64,000 nucleotides of DNA. Origin: Ptychomitrium polyphyllum. Taxonomy: Eukaryota. The stretch covers positions 1,736,001 through 1,800,000 of the forward strand of contig OZ316775.1 of the NCBI GenBank assembly GCA_973851085.1, read 5' to 3'. Numbering within the stretch: position 1 is the first letter of the stretch; each line of letters opens with the position of its first letter. The notes below the pieces were generated by a model. It made no database searches and had not been told where the DNA came from. It saw nothing but the letters and a program-made list of their open reading frames with translations. A program made the translations under genes and the position numbers. Shown one piece after another: positions 14,201 through 25,299 of the stretch.

Positions 14201-16636
14201 GCGAGCAGTGAACAGAAGTTTAAAACATCTTTTAATGTTCTAACATGTCTCAATCGTGAATTTTGTAATCCTGAAATTTCAGAAATCAGTTGTAACATTT
14301 AATTTTAAGCCAAAGTCGGTTCTTTGTTTATGAGATGTTTATACTTGTCCTCCAAGTTGCTTGAAATCATTTTCACTCTAAGAACTATTGTGCCATCTTT
14401 ATCCGTGTTTCTATTATAAGATTGTTATTGCCACAAATGTGCATATATTTACATACTTATTTATGGGGATATGTTAATTTATGTAAATACTCTTCCTGCA
14501 GGGTGGTTATGGAACTCAGGGAGACCTTGAAGTCTAAGAGTGAAGAAGGGGACGCATACATTACTGAAATTGAGGTTTGTTTGCATCAGTTTTCTTATTT
14601 TTCCTTGTTTCCTGCCACGCATGTTGTTAGGATTCTCACGATTGAGGCGGATGATGAGTTTAGAAGCTGATTTGGATTAACTTGAAATGGTAGAGAGGCT
14701 TATTTCCGTGGATTTTGTGACTAGCAGACTATTGGACAAGCGTATGAAGAGATGCAAACACAAAATTCAAGGTTAATTCAACAAATTACTGAACGTGATG
14801 ATTACAACACCCAGGTAACATTTGCTAGTCATCGTTCTTTTTAGTTTTTGAGCAACTATCGAATTGTTTAGAGGTGTTAATTTATGTTTTAAGACTTAAC
14901 TGAGATGTTTAGATGCATGATGTGAAATGCTTGACTTCAGAAGGGGCTCTCAGCTCTGGACCATAGATTCGATTTGAATTGTCATTTCAAATTCGATTCG
15001 AAGGTTGTGCGACACATGAATTGAAGGAAATATTGTAATAGTAATAGGCAGGGTATCTATTTATGTGAACAATATTATAGCTCATTTTTGTTTTTTATGA
15101 TCTTCAGCTGGTGGCAGAAAGTCTGAAGGCTAAACAGCTGCAAGCCTCCCTTCTGGCAGAGAAGCAAATTCTGGCTAGTCGTGTGCAACATGCTAATGCT
15201 ACTGCTGACCATCACAAGCAGCGTGTAAGCCGATTAGAAGATCAGGTATGTTGTCCCATGATGTATGGTATGGTCATATTTTATGCAGAGTTCCGTTGTA
15301 GGCAAGTAGGGTTTACGAGTTGGAAATGGCGTGTGGTATTTTCAGAAAGTTGGGTCTAGACTTGCTAGCAGATATTAATGGTTTGTCTGCTATGCATCAC
15401 AAGTGATTAGGGAGTCACGTTGTTGGTTTTCTCTTGGGTTTAGAGAACCTCTAGAAATCGTCTACATTTTTTCAGTCTTAGCATACATGTCAATCAAACA
15501 CTGTTTTTGTTCAAATTTTGCAAGAATAACTCTATCAAATTTGATTCTCAACCGTACTGTAATGGTCACAACATGGAGAATAGCGCGTGGTTAAACCTTG
15601 TAATATGTTGCTAGATATTAATGTAATGCCCGTTGATATTGTTGTGCAGGCTAGATCATACATAGAGCAAACGGGCAAGGTCATGGACGATGGCAGGCAA
15701 CATGCATTATCCTTGGAGACTCTGAAACGGAAGTCACTTGAAACTGAGAAAGAGCTTCTCTCTACAAAGACAGCACTGGAAGCTGCAAACAGAAAGATTG
15801 AAGATCGTTGTCTCAAACTTGCCGAGGCTCATCAGCAGCTTGATAAAGAAAGGTGTGGTGTTGATTAATATGCCACTTACATTAACGTCTTCATGTATCT
15901 TTGGTATCTTGATGTAACTACATACAGCATGGTTATAAACAAACCCTAAATATCTAGCTGCACGTGCAATATTTTTGTACAGCTTTTGCAAACTTAGATT
16001 CATTATAGTTGGGAAAGTTAGATTCATTATAGTTGGAGTTGTGCAGTGGTTGCAATAGTGTGCAACCCTTTGTCCTCTTGTTATTACTCTTTCCTTATCC
16101 CCTTCTGAGAAACTCCTTGGTGAATTAGATTTGAGAAACGAAGGGTTCAGGATGAGCTGGAGGCACTTAACAGTAAGTTGGCACGGCTGCGATCTCATCA
16201 ACCAGGGGGTCTTGGAGTAGAACGGCTTCAGGAGGAGATAAAAGAATACAAGGCCATTTTGAAGTGTAGCGTCTGCCATGATCGTCCCAAAGAAGTAAGA
16301 ATACCTTCCCGTGGAAAAAGAGGCTGATGGGTAGACCATGGGCTGTGATGTCATCCTTGATTGTGCATTTTGTATGTAATCTGCTCTAAGGTGATATCGT
16401 ATTTCAAGTTTTATTGGGCTTATTAATCAAGTTTGAACTTCTCTATCGGGATCTCTAGTAGACTTGTTGATAGTCTAACCTGAGATTTTGAATCGTGGTT
16501 GCAGGTCGTCATCACAAAGTGCTTTCATTTGTTTTGCGGTCCTTGTATCCAGAGGAACTTGGAGATCAGGCATCGAAAATGTCCTGGTTGTGGGATTCCA
16601 TTTGGCCAGAGCGATGTGCGAAATGTTTACATTTAG
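8289..16636 (+). CDS. HUB2: E3 ubiquitin ligase BRE1-like (histone H2B monoubiquitination), HUB2 type; 19 coding exons, 893 aa
   Basis: Exons 8289-8399, 9289-9450, 9753-9840, 10170-10409, 10708-10884, 11385-11593, 11952-12035, 12249-12368, 12499-12685, 12848-13008, 13263-13334, 13564-13640, 13819-14013, 14502-14574, 14728-14814, 15108-15245, 15650-15852, 16129-16294, 16505-16636; all GT-AG with consistent phases, 2682 nt total. N-terminal LQFQNHKLAQQL, long coiled coils, ETIGQAYEEMQTQN, and a C-terminal C3HC4 RING (CSVCHDRPKEVVITKCFHLFCGPCIQRNLEIRHRKCPGC). LEIRHRKCPGCG matches the HUB2 rather than HUB1 subtype as I recall it. Confidence 0.93.
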
Positions 16637-17341
16637 TAAGATGCCATCATTGAGATGACGTCACCAATCACATTTTTTACTTTCTGCTTTGAAGGTGTCC
16701 CGAATGATACTCGCTTTCTTGGGCAGATTTGTATACGCTGTCAGATTAGATTGGATTTGGAAGAAACACATGAATTTGTTACTAGGCCTGTCTTCAAGTG
16801 GAAGGTTCCACTTGCTTTCGACAGGTATGTAAAGTTGTAGTAATGCAGTCATAGAGATGACTTCTTTTTTAGGCTCTTGGTTTATTTTGTTATTTCTCTT
16901 TGGAATCACAAAGACTTGTTTAGCCTACAATCCTTCATGGTCATTGCTCTCGCTTTACCAGAATTTTTACTTCTTGCTCTTGTTGTGTTAATTTAGAGAC
17001 TGTTGTATATTCACCACATTGCAAGAATAAGACACGTGATATGGTGAGAGGTAGAGTGGACCTGAGTCGGTTCTTTTGTGGAGTCACAACCTTGACTTGG
17101 TTTGTATGGTTGTCCAACCTTCATTCTTGAGTATGAAAGATCAAGGTACATGTGATGTAAACTCATACAATTTTGTCATGTCAAAGATGGCACTAAGCCA
17201 CTAAGGAAGAAGTTATGTATTGGTTGTGGATCTTCTATTCACTTTTCTATTCACTTTGCAACCACAACCTAGACATTGCATCTAATACTTAGGTCATTAC
17301 ATAATTATGTAGTCAATAATACTTATAATTTGTTGTAAATT

Positions 17342-18204
17342 GTGGAATTTGGAAGGAAGGTCTTTCCATTATTACAAATTTTGCTACACATTGGACCTGA
17401 ACCACTCATGTTGTGCAACGTTGCAATTGATGGTTTAGACTTGCACAAAAACATGTTGAAAGTTTGTCCTTACATCATTAATACATCAATAGGAGGGTTA
17501 GAGAAGATCATATGGATTATTATTTAAATATTATTGATTGAATTTTAATTTAATGATGTTAATGATGCAACTTTACTTTCAAACTAAGGCTATTATCAAA
17601 CAAGATGAACCCTATGATGTATTGATTGGTGCTACAATGTTATATGCTACAAATTTTACTTTGGGTTTTAAATATGAAATGCCTTTATATAGGCTTAGTT
17701 GGCAAGCCATTAGATTTACACAACTTAGATAGGAAGATTAGATTAATTATATGGAGTATCCAATAGTAAGTATAAAGAAAGTAAAGTTTTGATGAATGGT
17801 TCATTCAAAATAATTTGTTACCCGTCCCAAAATCTTTACAAAAGCTAGTGGTGATAAGAATACTTGACCAAGGTGCATAAGGCAACATCATTGTGGAAGT
17901 CCAAAGAAGATCTTTTATAACAAGTTAGTGATACAATCACACACATTTGAAGAGATGAGTCTTTGCCATTAAAAGAAGTTAGGGACGTAGAAGACAATAC
18001 TATAACTTTTCATTGATGATAACAACAAGGAAAGACATTTGCTTGTTGGAGTTGTTTGGTAATATTGGCACAAAGCTAGCAATATTACAAGTAAACATCA
18101 AAGTGCACAAAAATTTGTATATTGACAAGGATCTAGTGGCTGAAAAGATGGTCATTGAATACATTTTGAAGTTGAAGGTGCTATCTTGCTATATTACAGC
18201 ATGA
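17342..18204 (+). mobile_element. Decayed LTR-retrotransposon-like pol relic: aspartic protease-like region followed by the N-terminus of a C5-cytosine DNA methyltransferase
   Basis: 17342-17527 ILLHIGPEPLML..CPYIINTSIGG resembles a degenerate LLD[S/T]GAQPLML; 17538-17732 EPYDVLIGATMLY resembles the retropepsin C-terminal D-hydrophobic-hydrophobic-hydrophobic-G motif; 18037-18140 ICLLELFGNIGTKLAILQVNIKVHKNLYIDKD resembles C5-MTase motif I (FxGxG) plus the acidic motif II. The three segments are separated by stops and frameshifts. No LTRs identified. Confidence 0.65.
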
Positions 18205-19897
18205 AGCTCCAGGAACTTCCTTCACTTGGTTGCTTATAAATCTTAAACCTGATTGCAAGAGTTGGCAGTTTCTTAGTGATGGAAGCGGCTCTGCTCTAAA
18301 ACAACCAAACCCTCCTCCACTATGAGAAACAATTACATAGGAGCTGGGCGCACTAAGGTAGAAAAGCCCATTCCCACTCCAATAGGGAATGCGCTACTGT
18401 TGTCTCCAGTTCAATGGATTCAAACTGAACATGGTATCCATGTGCATACAAATGAACCCTGACTCTCATTTCTGAACCCATATTCGAAGTAAACATGCTA
18501 AATGCCATCCGATTGCAAGAAGTATAAGAGGATTTTGTGAATCCTTCCAGCGTGTGGAGTCTCGATCAGGAACTTCCACTCCCAAAGCCCACAGCCTTCA
18601 AGCCAAAACCTACTGTACTCAAGGTTCACAGAGGGCTCACAAAGAGGCAGGACTAATTAAGTTGCTACAGACCACTGGCATTCCCAACCTGAAGGGATCA
18701 TCAATAAACATACGATGAGTGTTCTAGTAAAAGAGTTACACATTATGTGCTTTTGAACATCCATGCCAATGTATCAATCTCTGATATATGCTATAGCATG
18801 AAAGGGTACTTTCTGAGAAGTGCAGGCATTCAGGGAAGTCATTGCAATATTCTCACTTGATTCCTAGCTAGAACCAATGGCCGCACTGGCGTCGTTACAA
18901 AAGATCTGAAGAGTGACATTACTTTGTTGCAGCCTGGGCTGATGGCGTGGATTTGACGCTCATAGTCCAGCTCAATGATAGGCATTGCAGAAGGTTATCA
19001 GTAAACTGCAGAAAGGTGAGAGTGCATTCCTTCGAAGAGAAAAATCCATTAGGCAGGAGATTTGAGGTTTTCGTTTTGCATTATACGCAAAATATTTCGT
19101 CTGTGAAGATTTGTTGCATCCTACAATGAATGATTTTATGAGCATTTCTCTTTCCAAAACTCCACCGATGTTTTCTGAAAGTCAACAAAGCGAAGCAGAA
19201 ACGATTATTAGATTTGAACTTTTGGACTGTAATTTTTGTTTCAGGGACGTGCACCTGATGAATGCCAGGCCACTGCGTACTGCTTCTACTAATTAGAGCT
19301 TTTATGGTTCGCAAAGGCCCTGAAGGCAACACAGCTTCGTGATATTATCCAACGAGCCTAAATTCATTAAGGAGAAACTTAATTTGCCTCATGATTCAGC
19401 TCATATAAAAGTCGAGTAGAAAATTCGAACGCATGATTTCACAGCATCTTGCATCAGGCCTCAAACTTCAAGCTTCGTGACAAACTGCTGAATTTGATGT
19501 TTCTATTTGTGTTCGTCCTGTAGAAATATCCGGTTAGCTGGGGTTGGCATCACGTTCTTTGAGTGATGTTTGGAAATCATTTTGCGCTCATTTTGTAGGT
19601 AACGGTGGTGGCAATGGATGTAACTCATGCTAGGCACCATCAAGGATATTTGATAACGTGTTGACAGTGAGATTTTATCATCTCTTGAGGTTATCCTAAT
19701 TGAAATAACCGTAACTTAATCCTCAGATAGCCTGCTCCCCTTCCTGTGTCAACATAGAAAATCCAAAATATTGCGCCTGACAAGACAAATGTTTGAAGCA
19801 ACAAGTGGCATCTCCTGCAGCATCCACTAAAATGGCGAATCTATTGCTAAAGCCAATTGGAAAGCACAAGCTGCAGATTACCCAGTGGTTACGGTGA

Positions 19898-19958
19898 CAC
19901 ATGATCTACAACATATTTGCAATGGGCACATGATCTACAACATATTTGCAATGGGCAC
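19898..19958. repeat. Perfect 29-bp tandem duplication
   Basis: cacatgatctacaacatatttgcaatggg occurs twice in tandem, followed by cac. Confidence 0.9.
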
Positions 19959-22900
19959 TATGTGTCCACATCATCCATCTCCACAACCGACTGAATTTTC
20001 GGGAAAACATGCACGCAACTCTGGAACTCAAAGATGAGTGGAACGGCGCGAAGAAAAAATTGGATAATAGAGAAGGATGAGCTTCGACTCACAGCTAGAA
20101 ACTGCATGACGTTTGAAATGTGTATCGTGAGTTTTACTTGGCATGACGATTCAAAGTCCGATTATGCCGCGATTCACCCGATGGCTGACCAAAATTAAGC
20201 AAAAGGGTTCTTCTCTAACGTGAACGATGCAGCATCATCCGTACTATTGTCCAAACATCAGTCTCGTTAGAATTTCGCACTAAATTCGGTGCTCATGGGC
20301 AGCTTCAGCGATTTGTTTATCCAGATGCTGGCAATGGTCATCTCTGCTTGAATCGTGCTCCAGCATTGCGGTGAATATTCTACAATTTGGATGAGGTTCA
20401 CATCCCTCTTACAGTTAAAATTTTTGAGAGTTACCCGGCCTTGATTCCCTCCTGTCAAATATTTGCTCCAGGTTTTGGGAACAACTAAGATCCCATGCGC
20501 AAGTTGCTGCGACAGTATTAACCTGTGTGGTCCTGCGATATAAATTTCCGTGCTCATCGGTCCGTTGTCCCCATCAGTCACGTTAATTCGGTTCGGACCT
20601 GGTCTCGAGGAAGTTAATCGCAGGACTATTCTAGGCGACACTGCGGCCTAATTTTCTCCTGATGGTTTGATTTGTGCCCCCTGGACCAACATGTGTCTTA
20701 GACCTGGGACCTTGGTTTGTTATACATTATCTTTGCCAAACACACCAAATATCATTCAAATCAAAGTAGAAAGTGTTACTTTGACCTGGTAATAAGGCTG
20801 GATTATCTCAAGTCCTAGTCATTGGGCGGTGTACTGACTCTTCAAGTCTGAGAAACACAGGTTTGAAATTTATGATGTCTGAAGTGTACGATGTAACACC
20901 AAATTGCAAACTGACTTGAATCTTGATGCAGACTCTCCTTGTTTTCCTGTTCCCCTTCCTTAATCCATGGGAAAGACCTGGAGAAAGCAAATTGGCAGAG
21001 AGCATGGTGCAAAAGTGTATAACACCTTGATCAGTGAAATCAGCATCTTTTTCTTAAAAAAGTAAATTGGAGACAGGGTAATAATGATGTACTCTGGACG
21101 AGCCAATGAAAGAGTCAGAATGATGTCTCATGACCGGTAACCATGTGCTCCCATTGTGTCCTTGTGGTGGTTATTTTGGCTCCATTAGCACTCACCTGCT
21201 CTTGTAAACCTTTTCTCCTGAACTCGCGCCACCCTCTCCTCGCTTATCCTCCTTCCAAATGACTCGCAGCTAACATCCAATCTCCAATCTCCTCTAGGTC
21301 TGTCCATCTCCTATGGCCTCCATTTTCGCATCCACTTCTGGAACGTCAAACCTCTGGTGAAAAACCAACCTCAGGAGTGTCAGAAGGGAAGCTGATGTAG
21401 TTACAATTCGACGACACCCTCGAAGTTTGAACTCCGACGGCTGTGTCTGACATCAACAGCCGTTCTGACGGCTCTGTTCAGGCATTTCTACTGGTGGATG
21501 AACGTGGATCATATCTAGAAACATATTATTATGTATATAATTCCATGTAACTGATTATACGAATCAAGATCGATGAGCACTACTTGAAAGGCCCATATTT
21601 ATACTCGGGTATCATAAAATATGAAATTGATACTAATCAAGGTCGATGAGCATCTCTTGAAAGGGCAAAGTTGATATAACATTGAATATATAACTATACT
21701 CTGGGTTAGGTAAAGACAATGTGCCTACCTGGACTACTGATCTATGTTTAGAGGTCGCCGACTGGTCAAGTCCTGATCTGCCAATATGGACGCTCACGAT
21801 TTACTATTGTAGGTTGCCCCGCTCTCCTCCCTTGTTCACACTCACAGAATAATTGATTTTCTGAAGACATGGAAAGCGAATGACGGTAATCAAATAATAA
21901 CAATGTTTTCCGTCCTCTAAACAGGTCTAGCACTTGGATATGGTATTCATATGCAGCAGCTTTCCGTTGTGATAATTATGTGCATGTTCCATCCACACTG
22001 AACTGATTGGAGAGAACAAAAATCATATCCGAGATGTCTTGCTGCGCAAACCCTGGGAAACCCATACGAACGCCGTGTCGGAAATGTGAAGTACTGCACC
22101 ATAATGGCTGAAGAGCACCTGAGACGTTGAGAGAACCCAAAAAGCATAAAGAGCAGACCATCGTCCTTTTTTGTGGAATGATAAACTTACATGTAACTTT
22201 GGCCCTGTTCGCGTTGGTGACCCGACCCGACTATGGCACCAGGTGCAGGGACCCCGTAATAGAGCAACCGACGTCAACTTCCAAGCTCCCTCTTTGAAAT
22301 CATGAATGGCAAGCCCTTCTCCTCCTCCCTTAACCTACTGTTCGTATTTAAAAGTTTGTAGTTCTCTTTACTTCTGTGATTCTCTGCACATAGTTCCTAT
22401 TCAATGTAACAATATTTTTGTCTTCTCTTCTAGAGATTGAGGTGGATCCAGAAATCATTACATGAATAGCGCTGATTTTGGAAATCATGACGTCTGATCA
22501 TTGAGAGCAGGTCGGAGAGCTTATGCAACTAGCCTTTATCGCCAGTTCACATGCACCCACCCGATCCACTCCTCCTCAAATCAGTCGACCTACAACATGA
22601 GGTCCCAAGAAGATTCAGCTTCCATTAGATAAAGACTTTATATTTGAATAAAAGTAACAAGTTTGTAAACGAGTATATATATTGAGGTAAAAAAGAGGAT
22701 AAAGGAGATAAAACAATTTGTTTTTTAAAGTTCATGTTGAAGGAGAAGAAAGAGAGGGTATTATAAAGCTTACTTCCAAAAAGAAGAGAAGCTTTCAACA
22801 AAAGGTCTACATGCTCAAATGAGGTCAAGAATTTGGACATGCAAACTTGAAGGATAGAACCAAAGTTTGAATCAAGATGGATGCATGCAAATAGCTCTTT

Positions 22901-24636
22901 TAAAGGGATGTTTGCACGTACGGACTTGATCCACTCTTTAACTTCACCACTTAGATTTGCAAGTGCAAATTTTGAACCTAATCTATAGAGTTCTGTTTAA
23001 GATCTACTTCCCTTCTCCTTGAAAGTAGGCTTTGCAAATCTTCTTTCCTCCTCTTCAATCCGACTTTGAAAAAAAAACTACCTTTGCCTTCTTCATCCTC
23101 TCCTTACAGCTTTTGTACACTTGTTAACAAACTTATTACAGTTGTTCAAAAATCAAATCTGCAAATGCTACGTGTTCTCCAAAACGGGTGTACATATGGA
23201 TGAAAGATTGCGTTAGGCCTCATGGCTTCAGGTCAGGTGACCTGAGGTGAAGAGTGGGTCGGGTGGGTGCATGCATGAATCGATGGTGGCTCCCACAGTC
23301 ATGGACCTGCTCCTCTAAATGAGTGTGTGCCCACATGGGCACCGAAATATTGTGTTTGTTGATTGGCGTCTTGCGGAATCGACAAGCATTCTTTCAAGGT
23401 TGACAATCGGTTGTTAACTGAAAATCTTACTGCGCTTCGGGGTGGGTCCGCCATTGTATGTCCTTCCCTTGCTTTTCTGTCGGCTACGCATTTATGTTCT
23501 TTGTTGGGAACCGGGAACATCAAGACTAAGTGATCAGGATTGAACAGACTTGCGGACATTCACTTCATACATACAGCAGATTGGTCCCATAGACCTTCAA
23601 GGTCGATAAAAAAAAAGTTCACTTCATATTTTCCATGATTACCGTACTTGATATTGTTCGTAGCATGCATCCTTTCCTTAAAGTGCATAATATCTGTCAA
23701 TCTGGACATCAAGGGCAACCTAGAGGTTGGAAGCACTAAAAGAATCACTTACATGTGGGGTCATGCATGACGACGGACTCAGGCTTCAGACCGAACTCAT
23801 TCAACATCCAACCTCGTCACTATCTCAATAATACCAAAAGCTTGAAAGTTACTTGAACGTCGAATTCAAGCCGCTTCATCAATGGCAACAAACTATATCC
23901 CTTCATCACAGGCAAGTTCCGAATTACTGTAGCTTTTCTTGACCCTTCCCGACTACTGAATACATATACCCCAATAACAGCGGTTCAGCCTTTCAAATAC
24001 GTCTCTCTAAGTCCAATCACAAAACAAAAAAAAGGATGACACGATATGAATACTGTATGTGGTTTCAGGAGTTCAAGCCTGTCAATGTGTGAAGCAAAAT
24101 GGATCCATCCGTCAAGAGACTTCAATCTCTGAGGTTGGAAGATATGTTATATACGATAGTCGGGAAGAGTTATCTTTCGCTCAGATGACTACTACTGAAG
24201 GAAAAAAAATCTCCACGTTAAATACACAAGTCTAAGAAACTCAGGATTGTTGAAAAACCACAAGGCCAACCTGCCGGGGAAACATCAACGTCTGCATATC
24301 GGTATATGCAACTTTCTCATGATCCAACCACATCAGCATCCGGTTCTATGACATCGTTCAAGACTTCATATGAAGCAGCCGTTGTGCAGGGCAGATGTAC
24401 TAGCTAGATGAATGAATCTTCTCCATAGCATTATATTCTTTATGCATGTGTTCTAGTAGCTAATGAAATCAACCAGCCACAGCTCACTAGTTTCACTATT
24501 TTACTACCCCAACCAATAATATGGTAATGCCTCCTGTAACTAAAGCTTTTAGGGCTACGTTTCTTTCCTTGGTCCAAACTCGCTGGGGACAATCTGCAAC
24601 CACGTTTGAATATACTATATTTGCATTGAGCTTTGC

Positions 24637-25299
24637 TTGCTCGCGCTTGCATTTCATATAACTGTCTCGTACAACTCTGCACGTCGGTGACGAAATCAAC
24701 TTCTTATCTAATGCACAGTCCTTGTACAATCGCTTCTCTTCCTGAACAAAGGAGCATCATGCCAAGGAGTATAACCATCAATGCACATCCAGGCCTAGAA
24801 TGTTCTCCGCAGGAACCACTTACGAGAGTGGTATAAAGAAATTCACGATACAATACAAGATACGAGTTTAATATACCATTTTATGTAGAATGAATCAGAT
24901 CTTCTAAAGTCAAAAACCAAGAAAGCCTACAATTTCTGATTAGATTCTCGTCCATTCAATCGGCAGAGAGACGAGTGTAAGCCTTTAAAACTACACCGGG
25001 ACAGAATTCCTTCCAACACAAGACTCCAACCTGAGCTCCAGTCACTACCCACTAGTAAATCCTATTAACCAAATTAGTGGGAAAACAAATTGGGGTGTCA
25101 AAACATGAACTCTGAACCCTAATCCGACCCTGCTGAGATTTCACACTAGCGGTCTCAAAATAAGCCAAAAAGAACGCGGAATAGAAATGTGGTGTGAAAT
25201 CGAGCACCTGCATGCAAAGCAGTGGTTGTGGCATCGGACTTGGCTCAAAGCCAAGGCGCGGCAAGAGTGCTGTATTTGGGGTTTGCCGTTGTCCGCCAT
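24637..25299 (-). pseudogene. COA5: COA5/PET191-like (cytochrome c oxidase assembly factor, twin CX9C) copy with a 1-nt frameshift; last exon not found
   Basis: Exon 1, 25299-25208: MADNGKPQIQHSCRALALSQVRC (CX9C, cf. plant SCKGLAMELVKC), ending TGC ATG CAG|gtgctc; 92 nt, one short of phase 0. Exon 2, 24741-24637 after tttgttcag: EEKRLYKDCALDKKLISSPTCRVVRDSYMKCKREQ (35 aa, cf. plant VEKRSIRDCAGEKSPCIPSECVGLRETYFNCKRGQ). Exon 2 is followed by gcaaag instead of a GT donor. Confidence 0.7.

Noticed and set aside
15734..16354. 206-aa minus-strand ORF
   Set aside because: It is antisense to HUB2 exons 17-18 and the intervening intron, with no recognisable motif.
21379..21469. Imperfect inverted repeat as a miRNA precursor
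   Set aside because: The arms (gtcagaagggaagctgatgt / acatcaacagccgttctgac) have several clustered mismatches and match no miRNA family I recognise.
25212..25262. tRNA-like A/B-box resemblance (agtggtt...ggctcaaagcc)
   Set aside because: Box spacing is too short, there is no cloverleaf, and it is better explained as the antisense of COA5-like exon 1.
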